From Prorocentrum cordatum (taxonomy: Eukaryota), in NCBI GenBank assembly GCA_963575745.1, contig CAUYUJ010000203.1:558001-622000 (forward strand): 64,000 nt of DNA, in the 5' to 3' direction. The position numbers were made by a program, and so were the translations under genes. This document shows positions 27,781-41,400 of this stretch, one piece after another (position 1 is the stretch's first letter; the number at the start of each line of letters is the position of its first letter). Under the pieces are notes generated by a model. The model was not told where the DNA came from. It worked only from the letters and a program-made list of their open reading frames with translations, and did not search any database.

Positions 27781-28724
27781 ATATTCCTCTTTCTATATGT
27801 TTACAAGCCCGGGCGGGGGGAAAACCCATCACCCCACCCCCCCCCCAACAAAAAAAAAAACGGACTCCCGGGATCTGGGTCTTAGGGACCCTCCGCACGG
27901 GCCTCGAAGCGGCCCCCAAGGCCTCGCAGGACGTGGCGCGCTCCCGAAACGACCCCAGAGAGCCCCAATACGATCGACGACGACCCCCAAGAAGCCGTCA
28001 TACCCCCAAAGATGGCCCCGAAACGTCCCAAGAGGCCTCCAAGAGCGCTCCCAATAAGGCCCCAAGAGGCGAGAATCCTTGATTTTGTGGGTTTATAGCT
28101 TATTTTGGGGTTCTCCTCTTTTCGGCTTCCCGACGCTCCAAGACGGCGGTCTTCTGGGCGTCCGAAGCCCCGTGGGAGGCTCCAAAATCGCCCCACAACC
28201 ATCCGAAAGGGCTTCCAGGCAGTCCAGGAGAGCCCCCAAACGGCACAACAGGGGTCCAAGATGGCCCTCAGGGAGCCCAATGGCGGCCCAAGATGGCCCT
28301 AAGACACCTTCGGAAGCATTCCAAATCGTGACCCGGTCGTTCAGGGAGACCGCGGTTGGAAGCAGGGTGGCCCGACAAACCCCCAGAATCCCCCAGAACA
28401 CGCCCAGGAGGCCTCCAGAAGGCCTTAAGAAAGCCTCCAGAACACGCCCATGAGGCCCCCGGAGGCTCTCCAAGGAGGAGCCTCCGCAAAAAGAGCTGAG
28501 GAGGATGAGGAGAATGCGCAGGGCATGGCGAAATTTAGGAATAAAAAGCACGGAGGAAGGATAACGAATAACATTATTATTATTATAGCGGCGATGCCAG
28601 AAAAGGAGTTATCGCTAAATTGTCGGCTTGACCTTCCCGCTAGTCCGCCTGCATACCAAACTTCAAGGACCAAGGTGCATGGCGCGAAGCGCCACTGCAG
28701 TCTTATATATATATATATATATAT

Positions 28725-28776
<52 letters not shown>

Positions 28777-29130
28777 GAGGTGAGGGGGTGAGATCGAAGT
28801 GGAACGGAGAGCCCCCCTACCGGGAAATCGATTTCGGTTTCGTGTTCGTGCGTGCCGTGCGTGCGGGCGAGGCGAAGCTGCGTGGGCGGGCGAGAAAAAG
28901 TCTCCTGTGGCTGAGGCGTGGCCGGACCAAATGACTCCCTTCCGGGCGGCCGGTGGTCCGCGGTGTCCCGCCGGTGTCCCGCGAAAGTCCCGTGTGGCTG
29001 AGGCGCGGCCGGACCAAATGTCTCCCTTCCGGGCGGCCGGTGGCCCGCGGTGTCCCGCCGGTGTCCCGCGGTGTCCCGCGGTGTCCCGCGGTGCCCCGCG
29101 GTGTCCCGCCGGTGTCCCGCGGTGTCCCGC

Positions 29131-29216
<86 letters not shown>

Positions 29217-29395
29217 AGATGGTGATGATGAAAAGATGATGAAAAGATGATGAAAAGATGATGATGATGATGATGATGATGGTGATGCTGATGATGATGA
29301 TGCTGCTGATGATGATGACGTCGATGATGATGATGGTGATGCTGCTGATGATGATGATGACGATGATGATGATGATATGATGATGATGGTGTCCC

Positions 29396-29438
<43 letters not shown>

Positions 29439-30420
29439 TCGATGATGATGAAGATGATGATGATGACGATGATGATGATGATGCTGGTGGTGTCCCGATG
29501 ATGAGGATGATGATGATCATGATGATTATGTTGATGATCATGATGATGACGATGATGGTGTCCCGATGGTGATGAGTATGATGATGTTGATGTTGATGAT
29601 GCTGATTATGATTGTCCCGATAATGATGATGTTGATGATGATGAGGTTGATGATGATTATGGCGTCCCGATGATGATGATTATTCTGATGGTGATTGTGA
29701 TAATGTTGATGATGATGGCGTCCCGATGGTGATGATGATGATGATGTTGATGCTGATGTTGTTAATGATGATGGTGCCCCGATGATGACGACGAAGATGA
29801 TGATGCTGATGATGATGTTGATGATGCTGATGATGATGACGATGATGATGTCGATGATGAGGAAGAGATGATGATGATGATGGTGTTCCGATGATGACGA
29901 TGATGATGCTAACGATGGTGATCATGATGGTGTCCCGATGATGATGCTGCTGCTGATGATGATGATGACGATGACTGTGTCCCGATGCTGCTGATGATGA
30001 TGATGATGTTGATGATGATGATTGTGATGATGATGACGATGATGATGATGATGATGATGGGGTGTCCCGATGATGTTGATGACCGTGATGATGATGATGT
30101 TGGTGTTGTAATGTTGAGGACGGTGTCCCGATTATGATGATGTTGGTGATGATGATGTTGATGTTGATGTTGTTGTTGATGATGATGATGACGTTGATTG
30201 TGAGAGCGGTTGTGATATCGATAGTGAAATCGATAGTGAGACCGAATGTGATATCGATTGTGAGATCGATTGTGAGATCGATTGTGAGATCGATAGTCAA
30301 ATCAATTGTGAGATAGATCGAGTGAGATCGATTGTGAGATCGATCGAGGGAGATCGATCGAGCGAGACCGATACTGAGACCGATAGTGAGATCGATTGTG
30401 AGACCGATCGAGTGAGAAGT
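27781..30420 (-). repeat. Composite repeat, copy 2 (inverted), with internal (GAT)n expansion at 29131-30190
   Basis: Inverted homologue of 10915-12556. A third partial copy lies at 49330-49596 plus 50755-51085. Confidence 0.9.
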
Positions 30421-30799
30421 TGGTTCCTCCCCCCCCGAACCTCCTTATCACCAGAAGGGTGGTCGTATAGGTATATATATATACATACATACATACATCT
30501 ATACAGATGCATACGCACGTATACATCCCCACCGTGCCGCTGGGCACGGAGTGTGCGTGTCCCTCAGGTCCTTTGCCCAATCCTCCAAGCCTCAAATCCT
30601 AAGCTTCAACCTAGAGCCTGAGCTTCAGCTCTGCTGGGGGAGGGTTGCCGCGGTGGCTCTGCTGGAGGATGGGGGGAAACGCCTGCTGCGCCTGTGCTCC
30701 GCTTTGCTCCACTTCTTGGGGGGCCTCGGACATGTCAAAATGTACAACTCGGGACCTCTGAGGCCCTACACAATCGCAGAAGGATCTGGCCCAGACGTC

Positions 30800-32766
30800 C
30801 AAAATAGCCTCCAGTCGGCTGCAAAAACGCCCAAAATGTCCGAAGAGGCTTCCCAGAGCACCCCCAAGAGGGCGTTGAGAGGCAAACATCATTCAATTTC
30901 TACGGGTAACCTACATTCCCAGCATGTCCGACTGCTCGGCCTTCACGACTTCAAAAAAGCTCCACGAAATTTCTAAAACGGTCCGGGAGACCCCCCGACA
31001 ACGCCCCACGACACCCCAAGAGAGTCCCGAAACCGCCCAAAAGTCGCCAAAAACGGCCTAAGAAAGCCCCAAGACAGCGCCAACAGAGGAAACTGCCTCC
31101 GAAAAGCCCCCGAGAACCCTCCGACATGCCCACCATCATCTCAGAGGCTTCATTCTCACACACAGCCCAGGCACGGTGGCGGAATGGGCCGAAAACTGTG
31201 CATGCCAATGTCATTTACGCCCAAGATGGCCCCAAGTGGGCTCCAAGAGGCTTGCAAGACGGCCAAGATGGCCCAAGATGGCCTCCAAGTCCGCCTTAGA
31301 TAATCCACGATGGCCTGCAAGACGGCACAAGCGGGTCCAAGATGGCTCCAAGTCCGCCCAGCAAGCCTCCAAGACTGCCAAAGACTGCCCAAGAAGGGTG
31401 CCCAAGAGGCCTCCAAGACAGCCCAAGAGACCTCCGAGAGGTCCCTCAGGAGGGCCCGACGAGGCTAAAATCATTGATGTTCCTGAGATGTTTGAAGGAT
31501 TTTCGCATTTGCTCTGTTTCGGCCGTCCAGGCGTACTTTTTCCTGTGCAAGCTCTTCAGCACCGCCTGCACCCCGCGCTCTCCGGCCGCCTGAGGCCCCG
31601 CCCGCCCGCGCCCTGTCTCCTCAATTAGTGCTTTGCGCGGGCGGCCTAGCTCTTAACCGGAAGAGGCTCGCTCTCGACCCGCAGACCAAACAAGTTTCGG
31701 CCGTCCGACGGCCCAAAACGGCCCAAGAGCCCCCCAAGATCGCCCACCAGAGCGCCCAAGAGACTTCCAAGATGGTCGGACTGCCTTGAAGGCCCCAAAC
31801 ACGGCCCCAACAGGGTCCCAAGACGGCCCAAGAGGCCTCTGAGACGCCCAAGACGGCCTCCAAGACGGCCCTGGAAAACCCCAACAGGGCCCCAAGTCGG
31901 CCCACAGAGGCCCCCTAAGACGGTTTCCGAGGGCGTCAGACGGGCCGGGGGCCCACCAAGACGGTCAAAGATGGCTCCAACATGGCCCAAGACTGTCCAA
32001 GAGACCTCCGAGACGGCCTCCAGGAAGGCCCGGAGGAGGCCCAAATCAATGATTTCCCTGAGAATTTTGAGAGATGTCGGCGTCGGCATGTGTTTCTTTT
32101 CGGCCTTCCGACGGCCCGAGACGGCCCAAGAGCCCCCTAGGATCGCCCCAAGATCGCCCAAGAGGCCTCCAAGAAGACCCCAGAACGGCGCAGGAAGCTC
32201 TCAAGACGGCCCCCAAGAGGGCCCCAAAACGGCCCAAGAGGCCTCTGAGACGCCCAAGATGGCCTCCAAAACGGTCCAGGAACATCCCAAGAGGGCTCCA
32301 AGTTAGCCCAGAGAGGCCCTCAAGACGGGTTCCGAAGGCGCCAGACGGGCCAGGAGCCCACCAAGATGGCCAAAAAGGCTTCCGAAAAGCCCCCAAAAGC
32401 CTCCAAGAGGCCCAAGGAGGCCCGCGAGATGCCTCCAAGAGGCTCCAAGGAAGCTCCCATGGGGCCCCAAGAGTGTCCCCAGAGGCTCCCAAGATGCCCC
32501 CTCCTACTCCTCCTACTCCTCCTCCACCTGCACTTCCTCCTCCTTTTGATCTTCCCCGCCATCCCCCCCAAGTTATCCTCGAAGGGTTTCCACACCCGTT
32601 GGGGGAACACGTGGTCCGATAGTTTGGCCGAGCTCTTGCCACGGCGCTCGGCCACATGGGCAATTCTAGAAGGCAGGGGGCGGCGGTGATTCGCCGCGGG
32701 CGTCTTCGATAATGCCGACAGAGCCCCAGCTCAGCTCTATCTTGATACACGCACATACACGCGCAC

Positions 32767-32801
<35 letters not shown>

Positions 32802-33535
32802 CGCACGCCATGGATCAAGCACGGGAAGAGGACAAAAGGAGACATGCGATCAAGCCAATGGGACCCGGACGCCCCAAGATCGCCCAAGAGGCCTCCAAGA
32901 TGGTCCCATGACGACCCAAGAGGCCTCCAAGACGGCCCCAACAGAGCGCCAAGACGGCCCAAGAGGCCTCCAGGACGCCCAAGATAAGATAATCTCTAAG
33001 ACGGCCCTGAAGCGCCGGAAGAGGGCCCCAAGTCGGTTCAGAGAGGCCCCCAAGATGGCTTCCGACGGCGTCAGACGGGTCAGGAACGCCCTAAGACGAC
33101 CAAAGAGGCCCCCAAGAAGCCCCCAAAGGTCCCCAAGAGGCCCCCGAGAGGCCGAGGGAGGCTCCCACGAGGCCTCCCGAAGGCTCCCGAGAAGCTCCGC
33201 AGAAGCCTCCCAAGAGGCCTCCCAAGAGGCCTCCCAAGAGATTCCCAAGAAGTCTCCTCCTCTTACTCCTCCTCGTCCTCCTCCTCCTCCTCCTCTTCCT
33301 CCTCCTCCCCCAGTATCCTCATCCACATCCTCATCCTCATCCATATCATCCTCCTCCTCCCTCTCCTGATCCTCCTCCTCTTACTCCCCCACAAGTTCCC
33401 CGAAGGCTTTCCAACTCGTCTCGGGGAACAACTGGCCCGATAGCTTGGCTAAGCTCCAAGCTCTAGCTCAGTGCTGTCGGCCACATAATGGCGCTTCTAA
33501 AAGGGCAGGAGGCGTAGGCGTCTCCGATAATACAT
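30800..33535 (+). repeat. CCAAGA-minisatellite element cluster (also 18960-20305, 23010-23150, 25912-26290, 40850-43790, inverted 62050-62786)
   Basis: Dense CCAAGA(C/G/T)GGCC units. A shared end AAGG(G)CAGG.GGCG...TYCGATAAT occurs at about 20260-20303, 32670-32713 and 33500-33531. Confidence 0.85.
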
Positions 33536-34519
33536 TGCCGTCCACATACACATATGTTTACATGCATACATATATACAGAGGGAGAGACAAGGAAAGAGA
33601 GAGAGAGAGAGAGCGGGAGGACCCGTTGGAACTATTCAAGCCACGGGCTAGCACGTCCACATACGGGCCCTCAAGTCGGACTGAAAACTAGATTGAGCCC
33701 TGGATCGAGCTGATCTGGAGACAGAATGCGCGGTATGTACGGCCTCGGCTGGAAAGTGACGGTTTGGACGACGGATGTAGCAGCGCCGATGCTACATTCA
33801 ACCCCACGGGAGTTGCAGCCGAGAGAAAAAGAAAGAGAAACAAGTAGGGAGGGATGCCAATCTATGCTTCGGGCTATGTCGTGCCAGGAATCTTCCGGGG
33901 GGGGGGGGCGAGGGACCAGGCAACTCCCGAGCTCAGAGGGAGGAGGGAGAAGGTGACGGTGGGAACCCCCCGCCTCCTCTCTCCCGAGGACGATGCTTGC
34001 GTTTGGCATGGTCTTCGGTAGCTCGCCCGCGTCTCGCTCGTGGGCTGCCTGCTCGTCGAATCGTGCGCTTCTTTGCTTCTCCCGCTTCCCCGCCCACCCC
34101 TGCCCCTGATTTCTGCGCGCGCGAGCGTCCTGGCCTGCCCCTCTCCCTCCTGCGTCCTCCGCTATCTTGCCAACTCCCATCCCGCTCTCACCTCATCACT
34201 CTTGCCTCGGCTCCCCCCCCCCCAGACCCTCTCCTCCCCGATCCTCGCCCCCCCTCCCCCCACCCCCCTCGTGGTTCTACTCGCCGTCGCCGTCCTCGCC
34301 GTCGTGGCCGCCCCGCCGTCCTCTCCGTCGCTGCCGTCCGTCGCTGCCGCCGTCCCTGGTATCCTCGCTGCCGTCACCGCCGTCGTCCTTGAAGGTCCTC
34401 CTCGCCGCCGTCGTCGTCGCCGCCGCCGTCCTCGCCGTCCCCGCCATCGTCGTCGTCCCCGCCGTCGTGGTTTCGTCGCCGTCGATGCTTCGTCCTCGCC
34501 GTCCCCGCCGTCCCCGCCA

Positions 34520-34553
<34 letters not shown>

Positions 34554-35694
34554 GTTCGCCGCCGTCCCCGCCGCTTTCCCCCCAGGGGGGCGTCGGCGGC
34601 GGCGCCCCTCGCTCTGGCCACGCCCAGGCCGTCGAGAGCCAGCGCGGCGAGCGCCTGGCCAGAGGGGGAGGCGGACGACGGCTCGTTTCAGGACCGGTGC
34701 GTCGGCGGGGGAGGGGAGGCGGATCGGGATGAGCACCGAATCGTACCTAAGGACCACATCCCAGAAAGAATCTCGAGCACCCAGAAGAGTATCGCAACGA
34801 TGTCGAACGAGTGTCGCCTCCCGGGGCCCGACACGTGAAAATCCTCCAGTGTCGGTGCTTTCTCGGTACTCGAAGTTCTTTTCTGGCGGTCAAAGCTAAA
34901 AGTAGGTTGGAACATCACAGACCGAACGGCAGGAGCACCAGGATGGGGGATGAAGAGGCAGATCGTCCCAGACCTCCTGAGCGGTCTTGCTGGGGACCAG
35001 TGCGTCGGCAGGAGGAGGAGGCGAAGGATCGGGAGGAGCACCGAGTGAGTGGGCCCTGGAAACGACAGGGCCTTGTTGTCACGGGCTCCGTTTTGCAACG
35101 GTTGTGTCGGTTCCCGCGCCATTATTTCCGGGCTCCGTCGCATTTTTGCTGGGTTCCGGTTCCTGTTCCGATTCCGGAACAGTGTTGTTTCCCGTTCCTG
35201 GGAGCGTATTTTACATTCTTACCTTTTCATGTTCCAGACACCGTTCTGTAAAAACGGCACAAGGACGGGGGGTGCGACATTTCCGAGGACAACTAGGCAG
35301 CACATCCTCCTTCTCATGCTCCTCCCCCTCATCCTCATCCTCCTCCTCGTGCCGCTGCTGCGCCCGATTCTGGCCCCTCCCTCCTTCTCCTCCTCCTGGA
35401 CCTACGTCACGTCCTGCTTGTCCTCCTCGGCCCGAGCTTCTGACTCGGCTCGTCCAGGTCATCCGCCGCATCCATCCCTCCCCTCCTCAGTACCATCCTC
35501 ACCTTGCTCCCCCTGTCGCCCCCGCCTGCTCCCAGATCCCCGTCCACTCAGGCGCGACAGGAAAGAGAGTGCGAAAAGCACTGCTCGTCCCCTTCTCCGT
35601 TCTCCCGTTCCCCCTCCGCTTCCCCCACGCCCTCCTCCTGCTGCTCCTCGTCATCCTCTCCCATGTCCTTCTCCTACTGCTTGTAATTCGCCAC

Positions 35695-35949
35695 CTCCTA
35701 CAAGAGCTTCGTTCACGCCGTCCTCCTCATGTGGAAGCCAAGGTACCGATACCGCTACTCCACGGACCTCTCCCGGGGTACGTTCTGACCAGGACCTCGA
35801 GGCGAATCAAGCGGTGGCGACGAGGGCCCCCGAGGAGGCCACAAAAAGGAAAAAGAGAGGGGAGGGTAGCGGTATGGGTACCTTTTCCTCCTGTGACCTC
35901 CTGCTCCTGCCCCTCCTCCTTCCACACCTTGTCGGGCGGCCCGAGGGAG
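35695..35949 (-). CDS. Two micro-exons (35949-35898, 35725-35695) of an unidentified gene, separated by an Introner-type intron
   Basis: cag|C acceptor, then SLGPPDKVWKEEGQEQE | GT..AG | EDGVNEALVG, then a GT donor. The frame is preserved on removing 35897-35726. Confidence 0.45.
35730..35896. mobile_element. MITE family A copy
   Basis: Inverted repeat AAGGTACCGATACCGCTAC / GTAGCGGTATGGGTACCTT (18/19). Flanks are CCTCA and CCTCC; ends are TG..TGA. Confidence 0.85.
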
Positions 35950-35992
35950 CTGCGGGGGCAGGCGGCGGCAAAAGCTTTGTTTTGTTATCTGT

Positions 35993-36044
<52 letters not shown>

Positions 36045-38225
36045 GTCTCTCTTTCTCCATCTATCTTTCTATCTCTCTTCCTCGCGCCCTCCTCACCTGG
36101 CCCACGGGCCGTGATTCCCTCCGCGTCCTGCTGCCCCTGAGCTTAATTGCCCCTGCCTCGGAAGGCCCCCGCGATAATTCTGGACATGCGCAGGACACCA
36201 ATCCGATTTCTCCTAGCCGCTTCCAGCCGTGGTCATGAACTCCCTCCTCCTCCTCCTCCTCCTCCTACTCCTCCTCCACAATTACTCAATATGAATACTA
36301 CTCTCCCTCTTCCCCTGATGACGGTTTGAAAGTGTCCGACCCCACCCGCGTACTGTTTGTTTACACACAGGTTTCCCCGGAGATGGGTTTTCGCCTGCAT
36401 TGTTTTTCTAAATGCTGCTCTCGCTGAGGCGCGGGCCTCATTTTCGGGCCCCGCTCGTTCCGAATCGTGCTCCCGCTGCAGCGCTGGCCTCATTTCCGCG
36501 CTTCCGCTCGTTTCGACTCGTGCTCCCGCTGCAGCGCTGGCGTCATTTCCCGTGCCATGCCACGGCATGCAATGCAATGCTACGTTGATACTACGCTTTG
36601 CGGTGCTCTTCTACGCCATGCCATGCCGTGCTCTACAATGCATCGCGTACCCTTTCGGGATCATTGCCCTGCTCGACATCCGACTGTGCGAGTAGAGAGG
36701 GGATCTGCGCCATGGTAAGGGATGGGAGGGAGGGGTAGGATGTCAGATATGACGCGAGCGCACCTAGCTTGTCTCAATCCCCCTCTCCCCCTTCCTCTCC
36801 CTCCCTCAGTCCACCCTTCCATCCCCCACCCCTGGAGCCTCTAAGAGCCAATGAGGGACTCCCCTCCGCACCCCTCCCCCTTCCTCCCCTACCCCTGTCC
36901 AGCCGAGCCGAGCAGATGCGGCATGGACATCGCGGCCTAGCGTGGCGAGTTCTCCTCTGGAACGCGGACGGAGCGAAGTTGAGGAATACTGCAGAGGATG
37001 AGAACGAGGAGACGGGCCAGAGTCGAAGACGACGAAGGACAACGAGGAAGAAAATGAAGAGGATGATACGACTGTGGCAAGGAGGAGGCAGTAGAAAGGA
37101 GGAGGAGGAGGAGAAGGAAAACAGGTCAATTCGTTTCTAAGATGCGGCCATTCCTGTCAGCCTCGCTTCGACAAAAGAGGAGAAGAACGATGAGGCCAAT
37201 CTTAAGAGGAGGAGGAGGAGGCGCACATGACCGCCCTCAACAAGATCACGATGGCCCTAGTCGTCAAGTTCGCCGAGAAGAACCTACTACCACATACAAA
37301 TCGGGACGGGGAGCCTCTGGGAGAGGAGCCTCCTCCGCCAAGCGAGACCAGAGGAGGAGCCCACGCCGCACGCGAATCCACCAACCACTCCTGGTCTCGA
37401 GGTGTCTGAAAGCCGTTCCCCGCCACGGCAAGTAAAGAAGTGGGCGTTCGAAGGGATCCGAAGAAGAAACAGTGGGACTAAATGAGCCGGGGCAGGCGGC
37501 CCTCGTGGCCGCAGAAGCAGAAACCTCCAAGAGGCAACACGGACACGACACGATCTAGTGGCGGAGGGGCCGGCGGATGTGGCGTAAGCCTTTCGATGGG
37601 ACGCCCAAGGACATACTAGTACTAACTTATGTACTCGTACCGTATGTCCTTTCATACTAGGACAACGCGTGCGTCCGACCAGAACATCTAGTACACCCGT
37701 CTTGTAGTAGATCGTCTCCCGAGCGGTATGGCCAGAGCGCGCCCGCCACGCCGCATATACTCGATTTTTTCTCGGGCGCATGGGGAGGCGACGAAGACAG
37801 TATTCGTATGCTGTGGCGGCGCTGATTCAGAGTGCCAAGAACAGCACGGGGACACCGCGGCAGACGAGCAGGGCAAACCACGCGGCGCCCGCTCCTGACG
37901 CGCTCGGGACGTACACCCCGCGAAGCGAGAGTGCTGAAAACAACGCGGGAAGGGCCTCCGGGAGAGGCGCGCCGAGGCGGCGAAGCAGAGGTGGAGAGCA
38001 GGGGCTGGCCACGCGCAAGACCGACCCAAGGCAAGCATGACACCTTTGGTGCGCGGTTTCGGGGCTGTTTGCAAGAGGCCCCGCAAAACAGGCCTGTCTG
38101 TTTGGGGTTTGGCCCCCAGACAGCTCCGAAAACGCCCACAAGAATGACCACATAGTGCCCAAGAGGCCCACGACGCCTCAAACGTGGACTCCACGCCTCT
38201 TCTGGGGGCGACGCCGGTTTGTAAA

Positions 38226-38471
38226 CGCCCCCTGGATGGGGTCCGAGTAGATGGGTCGGAGGATCTCACCGTATCGCCGATACATCGACGATGCATCGCT
38301 GATGCATCGGCGATGCATCGGCCATGCACTGGCGACGTGAGCGATGCATCGGCGACGTTGGCGTGGAGAAGGATGGGCCCCACATCGAGCCGCATCGCCG
38401 ATGTATCGCCGATGTATCGGCGATGCGGCGCGATCCTCCGACCCCATCTACTCCGACCCCATCTAGGAGGC
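38226..38471. mobile_element. MITE with about 33-bp TIRs; second copy at about 25400-25565
   Basis: TIRs are GATGGGGTCCGAGTAGATGGGTCGGAGGATC / GATCCTCCGACCCCATCTACTCCGACCCCATC, with internal CGATGCATCG repeats. Confidence 0.7.
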
Positions 38472-41400
38472 CTAGAGTTTGGGCCCCCGAATCAGCAGCA
38501 CGGGAAAGGGCCTCCGGGAGAGGAGCGCCGAAGCGCCGGAACCGAGGCGGAGGAACGGCGGGCCCCCCGCCCGCCCAGGGCCTCGGAACCGCCCCCGCGC
38601 GCCAGCGCGCCCGCGGTGGCCTCCAGGGCGGCGGCGGCGTCGCGCTCCAGGCGCCCTTGGGCCTCTGGGGCTGCCATTTTGTGTTTCGTGTTCCTCCTCC
38701 CCCTCCCTCCCTCCTCCGCCTCCTCCTCCTCCTCCTCCTCCTCATCATCATCATCACCATCATCATCGTCATCATCATCACCAACAACATCGTCATCATC
38801 ATCAACAACACCGTCATCATCATCACCATCAGCAGCATCATCATCAGCATCCTCATCAGCATCTTCATCATCACCTCCCCCTCCTCCTCCACCTCCTCCA
38901 CCTCCTCCTCCTCCTCTGCCTCCTCCTCCGCCTCCTCCTCCTCCTCCTCTTCCTCCTCCTCCGCGGCGAGCAGCCCGCGGCGGGGAAGGAAGGGCGGGCA
39001 CCAGCCGGAGGTCAGAAGCCGGTCAAAAGAACTCGCCCTCGGAACGGCCGTGCTGTCGCCGCCTCTGCTCGGGCGCGGCGCGTCCCCCGCGGGCCCGCCC
39101 TCGGGGTGAGGGCGCTTCCGCTGAACGCCGCCGCGGGGGAGAGGAATGTTGGGCCCGCGGGCTCGGGTCCTTCGGCAGAGGGTCGCAAGGCCAGGGGAGG
39201 CGACCGCGTCAGCTCCGCGACGTCCACACAGGGGGTGGCTTTCGGAAGGGAGAGGTGCAGGAGAGCGAGGAAGAGGAAGGTGCAGGGAGGACGGTCAGGG
39301 AGGAGGGGAGAAATGAGGACAAGGGCTTCCTCCTCCTCGCTGCCCTCCTCCCGCTCTCCCTCACGTTCATCTCCTTCCTCATCTTCGTCATGATCCTCCT
39401 CCTCCTCCTCCTCCTCCTCCTCCTCCTCCTCCTCCCCATTGTCCTCCTCCTCCTTCCTCCTATCCTCCTCCTCTTCCTCCTCCTCCTCCTCCTCCTCCTC
39501 CTCCTCCTCCTCCTCTCCCTCCTCCGCCACCCTCCTCTCCGCCCTCCTTTCTCTCGACCCCCCCCTTCTCTTCCTCCCCTCTCTTCCTCCTTTTTCCACC
39601 TACTCGTTCATCATACTCTTCCTGTGCCCCTTCCCATCATCCATTTTCCAAGCTTCTTGCACGACGCTGCTCTTATGTGGGCGTCCCCCCCCCCCGCCCC
39701 GACCTCCCTGCGCACTGCCCGGCCCCGTCCTGCCCTGTCGCTCCCTGTGCAGCAGACGGCGAGCCAAACACTGCAAGCGCCAGACTCAACGTAATGGGAA
39801 GGGTTGGGTGGCAACCCCTGGGAGGTCTGCGTCAGAACGATTCGGGGCTTTGACGCCCGATTGAATGAACATTGAACCAGATCAAGCCGGGCTAAGTCCA
39901 GAATTCAGCCGGATTAAGCAGGCTTAAACCCGATAGCGCGGGTTTGAGCTAGGTTAGGCTGGTCCTGGACCAGGGGTATATACCAGCGCCGATTCTGAAT
40001 TAACCCCCCCTAGGAGTTGCATCCTAAGATGTAGGTGGGTGAGAGGCGCAAGAGGTCAGATGCAGCGCGAGCGCGCATACCGTGCCCTTCTCTCCCATCC
40101 TTCCTCCCTTCCTGACCACCCCCCTCCCCTCGATTCCCTCGGCCCTTCTCCTTCCTTGCACTATCCGTACCAGCCGCCTTCGTCTTGCTGCTGATCACTG
40201 CTTCTGCTGTTGCTTAATGGCGTAAGTCTTACCGAAAGAGCCTAAACCGTCGGCTAAACGTGCGACTTACACGCAGACGTCCTCTCTCCCACACGCACAC
40301 AAGTCGTGCATCCAGCCAGCGCAAACAGTCTCTGCCAAATCGACTATACACAATGCTCGTGGCAAATACCCACATTCGCTACCATGCGCACTTCCCTTTC
40401 GAAAGCGGCTTGCTGGATCCATGCCGACGTTGCGCTATGTCTCCACCTGGCGCCATCCGGAAACACTATCAAGTTGCAATGTAACTCCTGGCCGGGGAAC
40501 GGCCATTCGAAATCTACTGGCTACGTCTTTCAAAAATCCGCCGACCCTGTCGGCGTGTGTGAGGGGCTTGTCCGTTTAAGTCGTCATCTCCGTCATTCGT
40601 TGGTCGTCGTCTCTGTCGTCCCCTTTCCCTGCCTCCCCCTTTCCCTGGGCTCGTCGAAGCTCCCCCCCTTCCCCAGGGACCTCCTCAGCGCGCCAGCCAA
40701 AGCGAAGTTGAGCACGTCCAAATTGAGTCCAAGGGAAGCCCCTCCCCTTCGATCCCTTCCCCGCCGGGGGGGGGGCGCGGGTCCCTGAAGGGGGGTCCCG
40801 GGAGGGGGGGGGGGTCAGATATACGACGCCCCCCCCCGGGAGTGCCGGAGCCCAAGAAAGCCCCAAGAAGGGCCAAGAGTGCCCCAAGAGGCACCAAAGA
40901 CAGTCCAAGAGAACCCCGAATCGCCGAACGATCTGTCCAAGACGCCTTGGCGGCCTCCAGACGGCCCAAGAGGCCTGCAAAGCGCCCCAAGAGGCCTCCA
41001 GGAGCTTTCCCACGAGAGCCCCACAGGCAAAATTCATGGATCCCCTATACGTGTTTGAAAGATTTTGGCGTTATTGCCTCTTCCGCTTCCCGACGCGCCA
41101 AGACGGCCCAAGAGGCCGCCAAGACCGCCCCGAGACGGCCCAAAAGGCCCCCAAGAGGGTCCCCTAACGGCCGAAGAGGGCCCCAAGACGGCCCAAGACG
41201 CCTCCAAGATGGCCCAAGAGGTCCCCAAGACGGCTCCAGGAGTGCCCAGACGGGGGGCCCGAACGGACATTTCGAGCCCTCAGCCCCAAGAGGTCCCCAA
41301 GAGGCCCCGAAGAAGCCCCAAGAGGCCCCAAGAGGCTCCCAAGGGCCCCCAAACTGCCCCTAAGAGGCCTTCGAAAGCGCTCGGAAGAGACCCCAAGAAG

